DNA of 64,000 nt from the human T2T-CHM13v2.0 reference genome, Homo sapiens, in the NCBI RefSeq assembly GCF_009914755.1, contig NC_060935.1; one strand, 5' to 3'. The position numbers and the translations under genes were made by a program. The notes below the pieces were generated by a model that was not told the DNA's origin, did not search any database, and saw only the letters and a program-made list of their open reading frames with translations. This document shows positions 1-14,699 of this stretch, one piece after another. Every line of letters begins with the position of its first letter. Positions within the stretch are counted from its first letter, which is position 1.

Positions 1-1047
<1,047 letters not shown>

Positions 1048-2770
1048 AAACTTACAAGGAATGTGAAGGACCTCAAGGAAAACTACAAACCACTGCTCAA
1101 GGAAATAACAGAGGGCACAATCAAATGGAAAAACATTCCATGCTCATGGATAAGAAGAATCAATATCGTGAAAATGGCCAAATTGCCCAAAATAATTTAT
1201 AGATTCAATTCTATTCCCATCAAGCTACCATTGACTTTCTTCACAGAATTAGCAAAAACTACTTTAAATTTCATATGGAACCAAAAAATAGACTGTATAG
1301 CCAAGAAAATCCTAAGCAAAAAGAACAAAGCTGGAGGCATCACACTATCTGACTTCAAACTATACTACAAGTCTACAGTAATAAAAACAGCATGGTACTA
1401 GTAGCAAAACAGATATATAGACCAATGGAACAAAACAGAGGCCTCAGAAATAACATCACACATCTACAACCATCTGATCTTTGACAAACCTGACAAAAAC
1501 AAGCAATAGGGAAAGGATTCCTTATTTAATAAATGGTGTTGGGAAAACTGGCTAGCCATATGCAGAAAATTGAAACTGGACCCCTTCCTTACACCTTATA
1601 CAAAAACTAACTCAAGATGGATTAAAAGCTTAAACGTAAGACTTAAAACTATAAAAACCCTAGAAGAAAACCTAGGCGATACCATTCAGGACATAGGCAT
1701 GGACAAAGACTTCATGACTAAAACACCAACAGCAATTGCGACAAAAGCTAAAATTGACAAATGGGATCTAATTAAACTAAGGAGCTTCTGCACATCAAAA
1801 GAAACTATCATTAGAGTGAACAGGCAACCTACAGAATAGGAGAAAATTTTTGCAATTTATCCATCTGACAAAGGGCTAATATCCAGAATCTACAAGGAAC
1901 CTAAACAAATTTACAAGAAAAAAACAAACAACCCCATCAAAAAGTGGGCAAAGGACATGTACAGACAGATCTCAAAATAAGACATTTATGTGACCCACAA
2001 ACATATGAAAAAAAGTTCATCATCCCTGGTCATTAGAGACATGCAAAACCAAAACCACAATGAGATACCATCTCATGCCAGTTAGAATGGTGATTATCAA
2101 AAAGTCAGTAAACAACAGTTGCTGGGGAGGATGTGGAGAAATAGGAATACTTTTACACCGTTGATGGGAGTGTAAATTAGTTCATCCATTGTGGAAGACA
2201 GTGTGGCAATTCCTCAAGGATCTAGAATCAGAAATACCATTTGACCCAGCAATCCCATTACTGGTATATACCCAAAGGATTGTAAATCATTCTACTATAA
2301 AGACACATGCACATACACGTTTATTGCAGCACTATTCACAGTAGCAAAGACTTGGAACCAACCCAAATGCCCATCAATGATAGACTGGATAAGGAAAATG
2401 TGGCACATATACACCATGGAATACTATGCAGCCATAAAAAATGATGAGTTCATGTCATTTGTAGGGACATGGATGAAATTGGAAATCATCATTCTCAGTA
2501 AACTATCGCAAGGACAAAAAACCAAACACCACATGTTCTCACTCATAAGTGGGAGGTGAACAATGAGAACACATGGACACAGGGAGGGGAACATCACACA
2601 CCAGGGCCTGGTTGGGGATGGGGGGCAAGGGGAGGCATAGCATTAGGAGAAATACCTAATGTAGATGACGGGTTGATGGGTGCAGCAAACCACCATGGCA
2701 CATGTATACCTACGTAACAAACCTGCATGTTCTGCACATGTATCACAGAACTTAAAGTATATTAAAAAAA
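1048..2770 (+). mobile_element. L1PA7-like LINE-1, sense 3' segment (disrupted ORF2 3' end, 3'UTR, A tail)
   Basis: ORF2 peptides [19 protein letters not shown] and [11 protein letters not shown]. The 3'UTR reads GTAGATGACGGGTTGATGGGTGCAGCAAACCACCATGG..AGAACTTAAAGTAT, followed by an A tail. Confidence 0.95.
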
Positions 2771-2793
2771 GAATATAAAAGATAATGCAGGTT

Positions 2794-2973
2794 GGACAAA
2801 GAGGGAGAAAGCCAAAGTTAACAACTCCCAAATCACTTAGGTTGATTTCCTAAGTAAGGTGTTAGTCCAACACTTTTAACTTACTGAAACACACTAAAAC
2901 ATTTTACAATAATCACCAGTAGGCATCTTGAAAATAAAGTGTGCCTTGTATTACATATTTCTGAAACTGACCA
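2794..2973 (+). repeat. Local direct duplication, copy 1 (pairs with 4025-4201)
   Basis: 55-bp identical core at 2889-2943 = 4112-4166, with diverged but alignable flanks. Confidence 0.9.
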
Positions 2974-3461
2974 AAAGAATAGTCCTTAAATCAATCACTT
3001 TTATACTAAGAAAGTTTCTTTTTGGCTAATTTGTCCCTCTACCACTATTCTGCATTATACACACTGACATAGAAATTAAATAAGAAGAATGGTGATAATA
3101 GCTAATGCTTATTTTGTGACTTGAATAACCTCATTTAATCATGTAATAATACTTAATGAGTATGAATATTTTATTATTATTTCCTTCTTACAGATCAGGA
3201 AACTGAAATTCAGAGTTTGAGGAGAAAAAGAGAGAGAGAGAGAGTCATATCCCCCAGAAAGAACATGAAACTGAAAGTCAAAAGAGGGAAAATATCAAGA
3301 AGTAAACACTCAAGACTGAAAGATTCAGATCTGTATATAACATTTGGTTAGTGCCCTTAACCCATCTGGGGACAAAAATCAGCCAAATCACTTTCTGCTT
3401 GTTGTTAACAATTCATACAGATAACTCAATGGAGTTGTTTGCTTAGAGAGTCCCAGGCAAA

Positions 3462-4000
3462 TGTAGGGGAAAATGGGGCCCTGTAAGTTAGACTAGCAAT
3501 TGACAGATTAGCAAGAGAAAAACAAGCAGAAGTTTGCTAGCATGTGCATTGTGTATACACAAAGGAGCAGTCAGTGATGAGTAACTCAAAGAGGTGATTA
3601 GAACTTGGGGTTAGATCACATCTTAACAAAAGAACAATTTGTAGAGAAGTGACAAAACAAAGGAAAAGTACTTTGAATTTCTGGGGTGGCAAATTGTGGG
3701 AGAGCAAATATGTAGGGAAATTAATTATAGATAAAGGCTGGTTAGTATTTGCTATGTAGACTACTCTGGGTGCAGTCTTCAGGATGATAAAGGTCTAGAG
3801 TGGTCTCTGGTGATTAACTTCTGTCTTTCCTGGTAGAGAGGGAAGGGGGAACACCTTGACAAATTTATATCCCACTTTTAGGCAGATAGGACGAAGGCAG
3901 AGACCTTTCTTGTGTCTGCTTCTTCTCAATTGCCTTTACCTAAAAATAATCTTTATGTCAAAGTGGCATATTTCGGTGTGGCATACCTTGCTTCCTTTCA
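3462..4000 (-). mobile_element. ERV1 solo LTR, MER34-family-like
   Basis: TG...CA ends. The terminal AAAATAATCTTTATGTCAAAGTGGCATATTTCGGTGTGGCATA..TTCA matches the reverse complement of the MER34/MER39-type LTR start. Confidence 0.7.
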
Positions 4001-4024
4001 CCAGCAAATAACAAATGATCCCAA

Positions 4025-4201
4025 GGACCAAGCTAGGAGAAAAAGAAAGTTGTCCTGGGCTCAGGCGACTTCCTAAGTAAGGTGGTACTCCAGTGCTTTT
4101 CACCTACTGATACACACTAAAACATTTTACAATAATCACCAGTAGGCATCTTGAAAATAAAGTGTGGATTTCATTGTATTACATAGTTCTGAAATTGACC
4201 A
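4025..4201 (+). repeat. Local direct duplication, copy 2
   Basis: Aligns to 2794-2973. Confidence 0.9.
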
Positions 4202-4207
4202 TGTCTT

Positions 4208-4216
4208 TACTACTAA

Positions 4217-4259
<43 letters not shown>

Positions 4260-4265
4260 TACTAC
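4208..4265. repeat. (TAC)n microsatellite
   Basis: Read directly. Confidence 0.95.
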
Positions 4266-4317
4266 AGATTTTGTCTTATAGAGTAGCCAATTTGTTTAGA
4301 TAAAAAGTAACATCCCA

Positions 4318-4620
<303 letters not shown>

Positions 4621-4814
4621 AACATGCCAAAGTGGATACTTATTTATATTTGACATGTTATCTCCACACAACACTTCTAATCAACATCTGGGTAAACTTA
4701 TCCTAAATAATTACTGGGGCAGAGTTTCTCAAATCTTGGGCAGAAAAAAATTCCAAGTCAAAATAAAGATAGCTTGTTACCCAGATCTCATTCTCAAAAA
4801 ATAACCTGCAATAA

Positions 4815-5094
4815 GGCTGGCACAGTGGCTCAGGCCTGTAATCCCAGCACTTTGGGAGGCCAAGGTGGGCAGATCACCTGAGGTCAGGAGTTCAAGACCA
4901 GCCTGCCAACATGGTGAAACCCCATCTCTAGCAAAACAAAAAATTAGCTGGGTATGGTGGTGCATGCCTATAGTCCCAACTACTTGGAAGGCTGAGGCAG
5001 GAGAATTGCTTGAACCTGGGAGGCAGAGGTTGACACTGCACTCCAGTCTGGGCAAAAGAGTGAGACTCTGTCTTGAAAAAACAAAAAACAAAAA
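4815..5094 (+). mobile_element. AluS (AluSx-like) with ~19-bp deletion in the right arm
   Basis: Alu dimer. GAGGTTG|ACACTGCA lacks CAGTGAGCCGAGATCGCG. Degenerate TSD ..GCAATAAG. Confidence 0.95.
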
Positions 5095-5297
5095 CCCCGC
5101 AATAAGCCAATCAGGAGAAAAAAGAGAAAATAAGCAAAAATAATTAGAGAATAATTCTATAATAATTAAAGGTTCATCAAGATCCCATTATAAGGTCTAG
5201 AATATCATTACTGAGTCGAACATTTTATGCTTCTGTTCTGAAGTAAATGTGTCACATTAGGGAAACCATTTAAAATAATATTTTTATTTTTCTTTAG

Positions 5298-5357
5298 ATT
5301 CCTGGAAGCCACAGTGGTGCTACCAACCGAAATTGGCACCACTCTACTGGGGAATAA
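5298..5357 (+). other. Possible exon start (splice-acceptor-like site in unique sequence)
   Basis: TTTTTATTTTTCTTTAG|ATTCCTGGAAGCC, followed by a shift to balanced composition. No homolog recognised. Confidence 0.25.
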
Positions 5358-6295
5358 GATGTCCTCCATTTATGGCTTTTCCTCTTTTACATATACCACA
5401 CCATATAATTTTACCATACAGACATTGAGCAATGCATTGGTCTGTACTTGTCTGGTGGGAAACGTGATGAAATCTCTGTATTTGCTAAATAGTTGGAGGG
5501 TTTCCCTGAACTCATAATTCCAGAAGAACTCATGAATTTAATGAATATAGGGATATAAACCACTCTTGAGTCCTTCACTCTAATAGATCATCCCCTATTC
5601 CAGCTCCCATGAAGCTACATTTTTTTGAACTTTTCTCAAGCCCAAAAGGTAAGACTCCAAGTCAGCTACTAAGCTGACCTTCTGACCTCCTTTTAGTTTT
5701 GCTGTCTGCCATAAATAAACCACTCATGACCTGAGTCTTCACCATTTTGACCCAGTTCCTGTTAGTGGCCACTCTGTCTCCTAACTGGAAAAAGCCACAG
5801 GATTCATCCGGCCACCAGGTAGGAAAGTCACCTAATTGAAAACTCAAGATCTGAACCACTAATCTGGAGACAAAACTTGAGAGTGGCAAGTTATTTCCAG
5901 GAGACCGAATGTGGGGGTGGCAAATTGGTAGAACATTGTTCATTACAAGTCTGAAAAGCTGAAAAACAACTGTAATCTTGCATGTCTCAGGGCTAGCCCA
6001 TTCCATTAGGATAGCAAATAACGGCTAATGAGCAAAATATTATGACTGACATCCTGGCATCAACATGCATCAACATTAAACAACACCGCAGGGTTAATTG
6101 AATTAAAACATAAGTATCAAGACAATATCAAAGTGTATTTTTAATTTGCCTTGGGTATTGGGCATATTCTCTTTTTTCAGCTCACAAATTACTTTTTTTT
6201 TTAAGCGTTTATGTTAGCACAGCATATATATGCCAAAGTGGGCCTAGGGCCTAGTTCAGTTCTCTTGCTGTGCCCTTTCTTAGACATGCACTTAA

Positions 6296-6668
<373 letters not shown>

Positions 6669-6803
6669 TGCAGCACCTATATGTCTTATTGCACTATCCA
6701 TTATGTCTTAAAGTATGGGTGCTTCATATTTTAAACATCATGTGTAACTCAAAGAGGTGACATTCCTTACTTTTTTGCTACTGCCTATAATTCTTTACAT
6801 ACA

Positions 6804-6886
6804 TATTAAGTCAAACCACGTGAAATTGCCATTTTTGTAGGTCAAAAATGACCAATATCAGCAATTTCTAATGGTTCTACCTAATA
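6804..6886. mobile_element. MADE2 (Hsmar2-derived MITE)
   Basis: ~80-bp imperfect palindrome TATTAAGTCAAACCACGTGAAATTGCC...GCAATTTCTAATGGTTCTACCTAATA with TA ends. Confidence 0.85.
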
Positions 6887-8595
6887 TTTGTGTTTGAGTA
6901 TATAATGTATATAATGTGTGTGTGTGTGTGAGGCAGAAGTACTTTACATATTTTATTTCAATTAATGTTTATAATATCCTATAAAGGAGGTCAATTTCTT
7001 CAGGTTACACATGTAAAAGCAAGAGCTAAGAAAATATAAGAACTTGTCTATCTAAAGTCCTCCAGGATTCAAATTTAGATTTCCTTTCCATGCCACATAC
7101 TCTCTCTAGTCTACCCATGATACAAACTATTTGATTGGCTGAATCATGTCAGCTTCAAAGCTGCCTTGGGAAGCAATCAGCTAAATGTTCTCAAGCTTAA
7201 AGATATCACTTCTCTCATCCTGCCCCAGGATGTGGCACTGCACAAAGGAATAAGTCAGCACATCCCATGTCTACTGATCCCATTAGCAAGCATTGGTGAA
7301 ATTAACTTAGAATGTTTCAATGATTGTGATGCTTATTTCTACAAGAAACCTTGAATAAATTCTTAAAGTGTGTGGTTTTTTTTTTTTTTGGCCCAGGTTT
7401 GGGTAAAATCTGGCGTTTATTTTAGAGAAATGCTAGTTTTCCCAGAAATTTGAAGGGGGAAAAAGTGCTTATAGTATATTTGAGCAAAGGTGTCCAAATG
7501 CTGTGAAATCTAGTTCTCTCCTCTTCCAAATTATAGAGCATGAGAAGTGGTTTGCTGGCTTTCCGGTTCCTACCCTGGGTGTTTTGGGAAGTGAGACCAC
7601 AGCAGTCTAGATTTACATTGTCGGGATTTTAAATTTTTTTCAGTAAATGCTTATATGAATTCATCTTTTCTTGTTGGTCTTTGACTGGTTTGTTTTCAGC
7701 TCACATTCTTGGCTGACCTGAAGTTATTATATTTATTTATTTTTTTAAATAAGCCTTTGCATTAGGTCATGAGAACACTGTATTGAACCCTATTCACAGC
7801 TTAGGTGTTTACTGCCTGGTGGTGGCAAAAAAGCTGGCTTTGAGGAAGCAGTGACAGCATCTTCAGAATTCTCTGAAAGGGAAGTAGGACTTCAAGTCAT
7901 CAACCATAACACAGAAAAGCAAACCAGAGTGAGAACATGCAGGAAATCTCTCTGCCCCAATAATCCAGTTGATTAACTGAAAAGAAGAGTAGAGAGAGTG
8001 TTCCCAGGGTAAACCTCACCAAACGAAAGGGTCTCTCAGGATTGCACTTTTCCCAAATCAAGGTTTCTGAATGCTTGGTAATTTGTGCGTGTATTCTTAG
8101 GAGTCTGCAATGTTCCCATGAGAATTTTTTATTTTGCATTTTCATTTTAATGATCAACTAAAAGTAATCAACATGAGCATAACCTAAATTATTTGAATGA
8201 CCACCTTGTAACCAGGAACTATGGCATAATTTCAGGGTCCAAGTTTATTATTGTTAAGTTTTAAAATTATTGAGGATGACTGAAGAAAGAACAGAACAGA
8301 ACTGACTAGGCCAAGTAAAAACTGAATGATGCGATAAGCATTGTGTGAAGGAAGATTCTGGGGTAGAGAAAGGGTGGGAGAATTTCATTACACCCATATG
8401 CGAATAAGGAAAGTCAGGAACACATTCATATTGGGAGCCAAAATCTAGTTTCAGCAATTTGCACTGAACGTTGTATCAACTTAATGGAGTTCATTTCAAA
8501 CCTGGCTTTATGTATTTTGTAAATGTGCTTTGCTGTGATGCTGCAAAAGAATTATAGGTTCATGTATGACTAGTATTAGTTTGTGCATATGTAAG

Positions 8596-9020
8596 TGTAT
8601 TAGTTTGCTAGGGCAGCTATAACAAAGTACCAAAAACAAGGTGGCTTAAACAATGTACATTTATTATCTCACGGTTTTATAGGCTAGAAGTCCGAGATTG
8701 ACAGGGCCATGCATCCTCTGAGGAGCTAGGGAAGGATCTGTTCCAGGCCTCTCTCCTGGCTTCTGGTAGTTTCTTGGTTGTGGCAGCATAACTCTAATCT
8801 TCACATGGCATTCTCCCTGTGCATATGTCTGTGTCCAAATTTCCCCTTCTATAAGCACACCCATGAGTCATATTGAATCAGAGGCCTATTCCAGTGTGAG
8901 GTCATCTTAACTAATTACCTCTGCAATGACCATATATCTAAATTAAAGACCACACTCCAAGATTCTGGGGGTTAGGACTTTAGCATAAAAATTGGGGGCA
9001 GACACAATTCAACCCATAAC
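8596..9020 (-). mobile_element. MaLR LTR, MLT1B/MLT1C-like
   Basis: TGTATTAGTTTGCTAGGGCAGCTATAACAAAGTACC...GACACAATTCAACCCATAAC. Confidence 0.85.
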
Positions 9021-9193
9021 GGGAGTTTACATAATAATTTTTTTTATCATTGAAGACTACCATATTCTTTTTTAAAAAGGGGTCTGCATATTGCTCAATT
9101 TTAAGAAACCATGCTCAAAATTATATTGTTCTCATAAAAACAAGAAATTAGAACTTCTCATCTGCCTGTAGAAAACCTTATAAAGAATTTTTG

Positions 9194-9423
9194 GGCCAGG
9201 CACGGTGGTTCACGCCTGCAGTCCCAGCACTTTGTGCAGCCGAGGTGGATGGATCATTTGAGGCCAGGAGTTCAAGACCAACCTGGCCAACATGGCGAAA
9301 CCCTGTCTTTACTAAAAATACAAAAATTAGCTGGGCATGGTGGCACACACCTCTAATCTCAGCTACTCGGGAGGCTGAGTCTTTTTTGTGAGACTCTGTC
9401 TTAAAAAAAAAAAAAGGGGGGGG
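9194..9423 (+). mobile_element. AluS with most of the right arm deleted
   Basis: 19-bp TSD AACCTTATAAAGAATTTTT at 9174-9192 and 9424-9442. Junction GAGGCTGAG-TCTTTTTT-GTGAGACTCTG. Confidence 0.95.
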
Positions 9424-9971
9424 AACCTTATAAAGAATTTTTTAACTATTAAAAATGAATTCCTGATGGATCAAACTATACAAAAGTTAGGGAAAAAAGC
9501 AATTAAATATTAACTAGACTTCTTGAAAAGGATGACTCTCTCAGCTTAGAGGTAAAAGAATAAATCACAATGGAAAAAGACAAATAGGCATGATGATACA
9601 AAAATGAAAAAAATATAGTTTGTAAAAAGGCAGACAGACTGAGGAAAGATATGTCCAACAAAGAGAACAGAAAAAGAGATATTATGTTTATTTTACAAAG
9701 GACATAGGAATTATAACAGAAGCATCAGACTTCAGTATAAAGAAGTAAAAGACAAAAAGAAACAATTTTTAGAAGAGTAAATGTGGCTGAGATACAAATA
9801 ACCAACAAATTTTTAACTGGAGTGTTATTTGCAAACAATACTGTTGGTATATAATTAAACTGGAATTCTTGTACCTTGCTGGCACTAGGATAAATTGCAT
9901 TCTTTTACAAAGCACAAGTGAAAACACTACAACAAGGTTCTCAAAGTACAGAAATGTACAGACTGTCTTTA

Positions 9972-10432
9972 AACAACTTTTTTATTGAGGTGAAGTTCAC
10001 ATAAAATTAATCATTTTAAAGTTCTGGGGCATTTAGTGCATTTACAATGTTTACCATCTATACTGAATTACCACCTATATTGAATTCCAAAATCTTTTAA
10101 TCTTCACCCCACAAAAAAAATGTGTTATTCCCCATGCTTCCTCCCACCAGTCCCTGGTAACTACCAATCTGCTCTCTGTCTCTATGGATTTACCTGTTCT
10201 GGGTGGCTCATGCAAATAAAATTAAACAAGATGCGATTTTTTGTATCTGGCTTTCTTCACTTAGTATAATGTTTTGGAGGTGTATCATCTCATAGCATGT
10301 ATTAATACTTCATTCCTTTTTATGGCTGAATAATATTCCATTGTGTGCCTGTACTACAATTTGTTTATCTGTTCATTTTTTGATAGATATCTAGGTTGTT
10401 TTCATGTTTTGGCTACTGTGAATAGTGCTATT
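9972..10432 (-). mobile_element. L1M (L1MB-like) 3'UTR fragment
   Basis: TTTATTGAGGTGAAGTTCACATAAAATT...TTTTTATGGCTGAATAATATTCCATTG...GTGAATAGTGCT. Confidence 0.8.
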
Positions 10433-10695
10433 ATAGGCTACATTTAAAGGGAAAAAATGATGATTTTTAAAAATTCAGTTAGTTTAATTCAGGAATTCTC
10501 TCTGAAGGTAATAACCTAAAATGTGAAAAATTACATTCCTATATTTATTGCAGTATTTGTGTAATCAGGAAAAAATACAGTCGTAGTAAAACCCAGGCTG
10601 AGTGTTGGCTATTCAATCATTTGTAATAACCTGATAACCGGTCCCTACTGACTCCACTTTTTCGCCATAAAATTTATTCTTGTAAGAATAAGTAG

Positions 10696-11038
<343 letters not shown>

Positions 11039-14000
11039 CAGAAAATGTTTTTCAATAGAAAACCAGATAATCTCACTCTCTCACTAAAATCCTCCAATTA
11101 TTTCTCACCTCATTCAAAATAAAACTCCTCCCCCATCCCTGGCTAAAGATGCCCTGGGTAATCCTGCCCAGCGCCTTCTCCACCCACCCGTCTTCCATGC
11201 TGCCCAGCCATATTGACTTCCCTGTGTTTCCAAGTGGGGACTTTTGCTATTCTCTTTAAGGTCCTGTCCCATTTCTCTCCTCAATTTTACTGCCTCCTTT
11301 TCCTCACCACTCACTCGTTGCTGTGATCTGAGCTTTGCCACTGCCAGTTGACCAAAACTGTGCTCTGGAAGTGACTCATATAAATACTGTTGGAGAAAAC
11401 ATCCATATGCACAAACCTCTGTGAGGATCTCCGAGGCTAGATATCCTTAAAAACAAATTGCAAATAAAAATTAGTTTCAAATATGTTTGAGCTTCCCTGC
11501 CAAACCAGTTCTGGAAACTTTCATCAATTTGGTCTCTCTCACTGGTCATTGTCCCACTTCTTCCTCCTCCCCCTCACTGAGTGTACCCATTTGCCAATGT
11601 TCACAGTCTTCTGAGCTCAGCTCTTCTCTCTATACTGCCTCCATAGGGACAAAATGCAGCACAGGACCAAACACTGCTGCATTCATTTGGCAACTCCAGG
11701 ACTGAGAACTTTGGGAACGTCAGGAGTCAGCAGCCTCAACACCAATTCAGTTGTTTTCATGCAAGGCAGTGGCAGCAGAGAAAGTGGTTCAGGTGGCTAC
11801 ATCAAAAGCACACAAAGTGAGATTATCCCTGAGTACAGGTGATATTCAACCACCTGGACAATACACAAAATAACGTGAAGAGCCTGGATCCCAAGTGATC
11901 AGGTGAGGACCAGGTGCTGGTGAGATTTAAATAGCAATGTTAATTTGGCCTGTTATTGTCTCACAACTTGGTTATACTTGGGACCATCAGAGCCAGAGAA
12001 CTGAACAGTTCAGCTGTCAGTGTGGACACCTGTACATCCCTGGGACCTTTGCTATTCTCCTCAAGATTCTGTCATATTTATCACACATGGACTACTTTAG
12101 AGTAATTCTCTGACTCAACGGTAAATAATGCCTAAAGCATACAAGAAATTACACAAAGAAATGCTGGCGCTCAATATGTTCGGGAAGACAACCCAGCATT
12201 TCTCTGCTTCAGCATAGTTTGAAGCTTCTGATTTGAACATTTCCTTAATTCGATCAAAAAAATATGTCACTGACCATGTGCTAGTCCTTGAGCTACAAGA
12301 TGAATCTGACATGGCCTCAACCCTAAAAGATTAATAGATAAGGTAGAGAAGACAAGTTTGAAGGGGTCTAGGAAACTGGCATCATCTTCCCTATTAGAAT
12401 TCTGGACAAATTGAGAAATAAGATAAAACACAGAAATAGATAAGTAATATATCAGTTTTATTACCAACAGAGACTCGGTTGAAGCATAAACATGTAAAAG
12501 CCAAATCAGGTTTCCTATTCCCAGTCTAGACCTTGGAACAGCCCAATAGAGGGAAAGATTTGAGTTTTCAAAGTAGACACACTTAACTCAGGTCTTACCT
12601 CCCACTGGTCAAAGTGGAGAGGGAACAAGAAAAGAGACCAAATATGTGATCACATGACCATCAAAGGATTAATTCCACCCAGTTAAGAAACATGGACCAA
12701 AAGCTGTCATCCACCAAACAGGTGATTTCTCTGTGGGGAGAAGATGGTGGAGGAACAAGAAGACAAGAAGGTTAAGGGAAAATGCTTCCTTGTGGAAGCC
12801 AGGAAAGAGACATTTGCCTCCAACGGGACACACACAGAGCTCTGACTGTAAGACCTGTTCTAAAGGGGGTACAAACAGCACCATTTGGAGACACAAAAGA
12901 GGAAGGAATTAACGCTGGTGTGAGAGAGCAGTAAAGTATGCATAGAAGAGGCAGCTGTTTACCTGGGTTTGAAGGATGAGTAGGAAAGCTCTAACAAGGA
13001 GTGGAATAGTGGGGCGGAATGGGGTGCAAGGTACCAGGAAAAACATGGCTCAAGGTAGCACTGTGAGCAATCACAGTGAGTTCAGGGAACAGCAAGTATC
13101 CTGCAGTATAGACAGGTCATTTTATGCAACCAGTTTGATTTGGAGAACTTTTAGCTTGCCTTAAAATGCAAACAACTTTCAACTTTTTAAATTGTCAAGC
13201 AGTGTGCAAATGCGCTTTATCATGGCTCAGGTTGGGGTAAAGTTCAAGACTAGGGTAGACACAATTAAGGATATGAGTGCCAAACATGGGAGCAGGGATG
13301 TCTGTTGTCCAGGTTACCCGGTTATTTAAAAATAGTGAGTGACATTCTGACATAACCATTTTGAAAACAGATTTGTTCAGAACACCCTGCTTTATATGTT
13401 GGGTACTATGGAAGGCATAAAGAGGAGATAGTAATTTTCTAAAAAGCAGGTTGGGTAAAATTACAGAGCACTTGGAATAACATTTAAGTGAGTTAGTATT
13501 TAGAAAATGGAAAACAAAAAAAAGATTTTTGAATACAGTTATGTGACAGGTGCCATATCAGTCACTGGTATAAAGTGACACTAGCCTTCTAAGAGTTCAC
13601 ATTCTAGTCAAGAGCAACAGGTACACAGATAATTTCCATATAAGTAAATGGAGGCATAGGGTGATATAATCAGAGTGGTGTGTCAGAAATATACCTCTGG
13701 CAATAGTGTTAGCGCTGGTTGGACAGTAAACAGAGCCTGGAGGCAAGGAGCCCAGGCAGAAAGCAATTACATACAACAGTCCAGGCAAGGGATCAGAGGA
13801 TGACGGAATGCCCAGGAGGAAATGGGATCAAGTGCACAGGTAGAAGCATTCATTTTGGAAAAATGAATGCTTCTTCTGAGACAGGCAAGAGAAACAAGTA
13901 CAAGTAAAGATACAAATCATCATATTACCTTTTATGTATGCATGTTTTAAAAGTCATTTTCACATTTTGATTCAACAGGCTCTTCTCTCTCACTGGTTAT

Positions 14001-14378
14001 GATGGAAAGTATTCAGACCAATTATTCAGATTCCAAACAAACAGCATACTTTTTTATTTATTTAACTCCAATATGGCCCCTCTGTGGAAAGATAAAGTAA
14101 ACAAGAGTTAACCAGGATGTTTGTTTGTACACTTAGAAAACTATAGGTTAGATTTTCAGAGGTCTTGATTTTGCCGGTAATCAGAACCGCTGTCATTATA
14201 AGATTATGAAACTAAATAGGAAAGCAAGATGTAGAGCTCTTTTTGAGAGGAAAGGGGAGGAAGAAGCATATATCAAAGCAGATAAAAGGTGATACTTGCC
14301 AAGAAGTCACTATCTGTAGGCAGCTGTTCAGCTACCCCTGAACAACTCATAAATCAATTGCCTATATTCACTGACATT

Positions 14379-14690
14379 TGTTCATTCATTTCTCAAATAT
14401 ATTTTTAGTGCCTACAATGAACCAGAGATTCTTCTAGGTACTGGGGGTATAGTAGTAAACATAATAGACCAAAAAACACTCATCCTCAAGGAGCTTACAT
14501 TTTAGTAAGGGAAGGCAGATAACTAAAATATAATAAATATGTTAAATGGTGATAAGTGCTATGGGAAAAGCATGGATGGGTAGAGGGGATGGATGGTCAT
14601 TGCTGGGGAGAGTAGTGTGCAGAGAAGACTTCACTGAAAAGTTGACATTTCAGTAAAGACCTTAAGGAAGTTAGACAGTGAATAATTAAT
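14379..14690 (-). mobile_element. L2 3' end
   Basis: TTCATTCATT..ATATTTTTAGTGCCTAC..CTAGGTACTGGGG..CCTCAAGGAGCTTACATTTTAG. Confidence 0.75.
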
Positions 14691-14699
14691 ATTTCTCTG

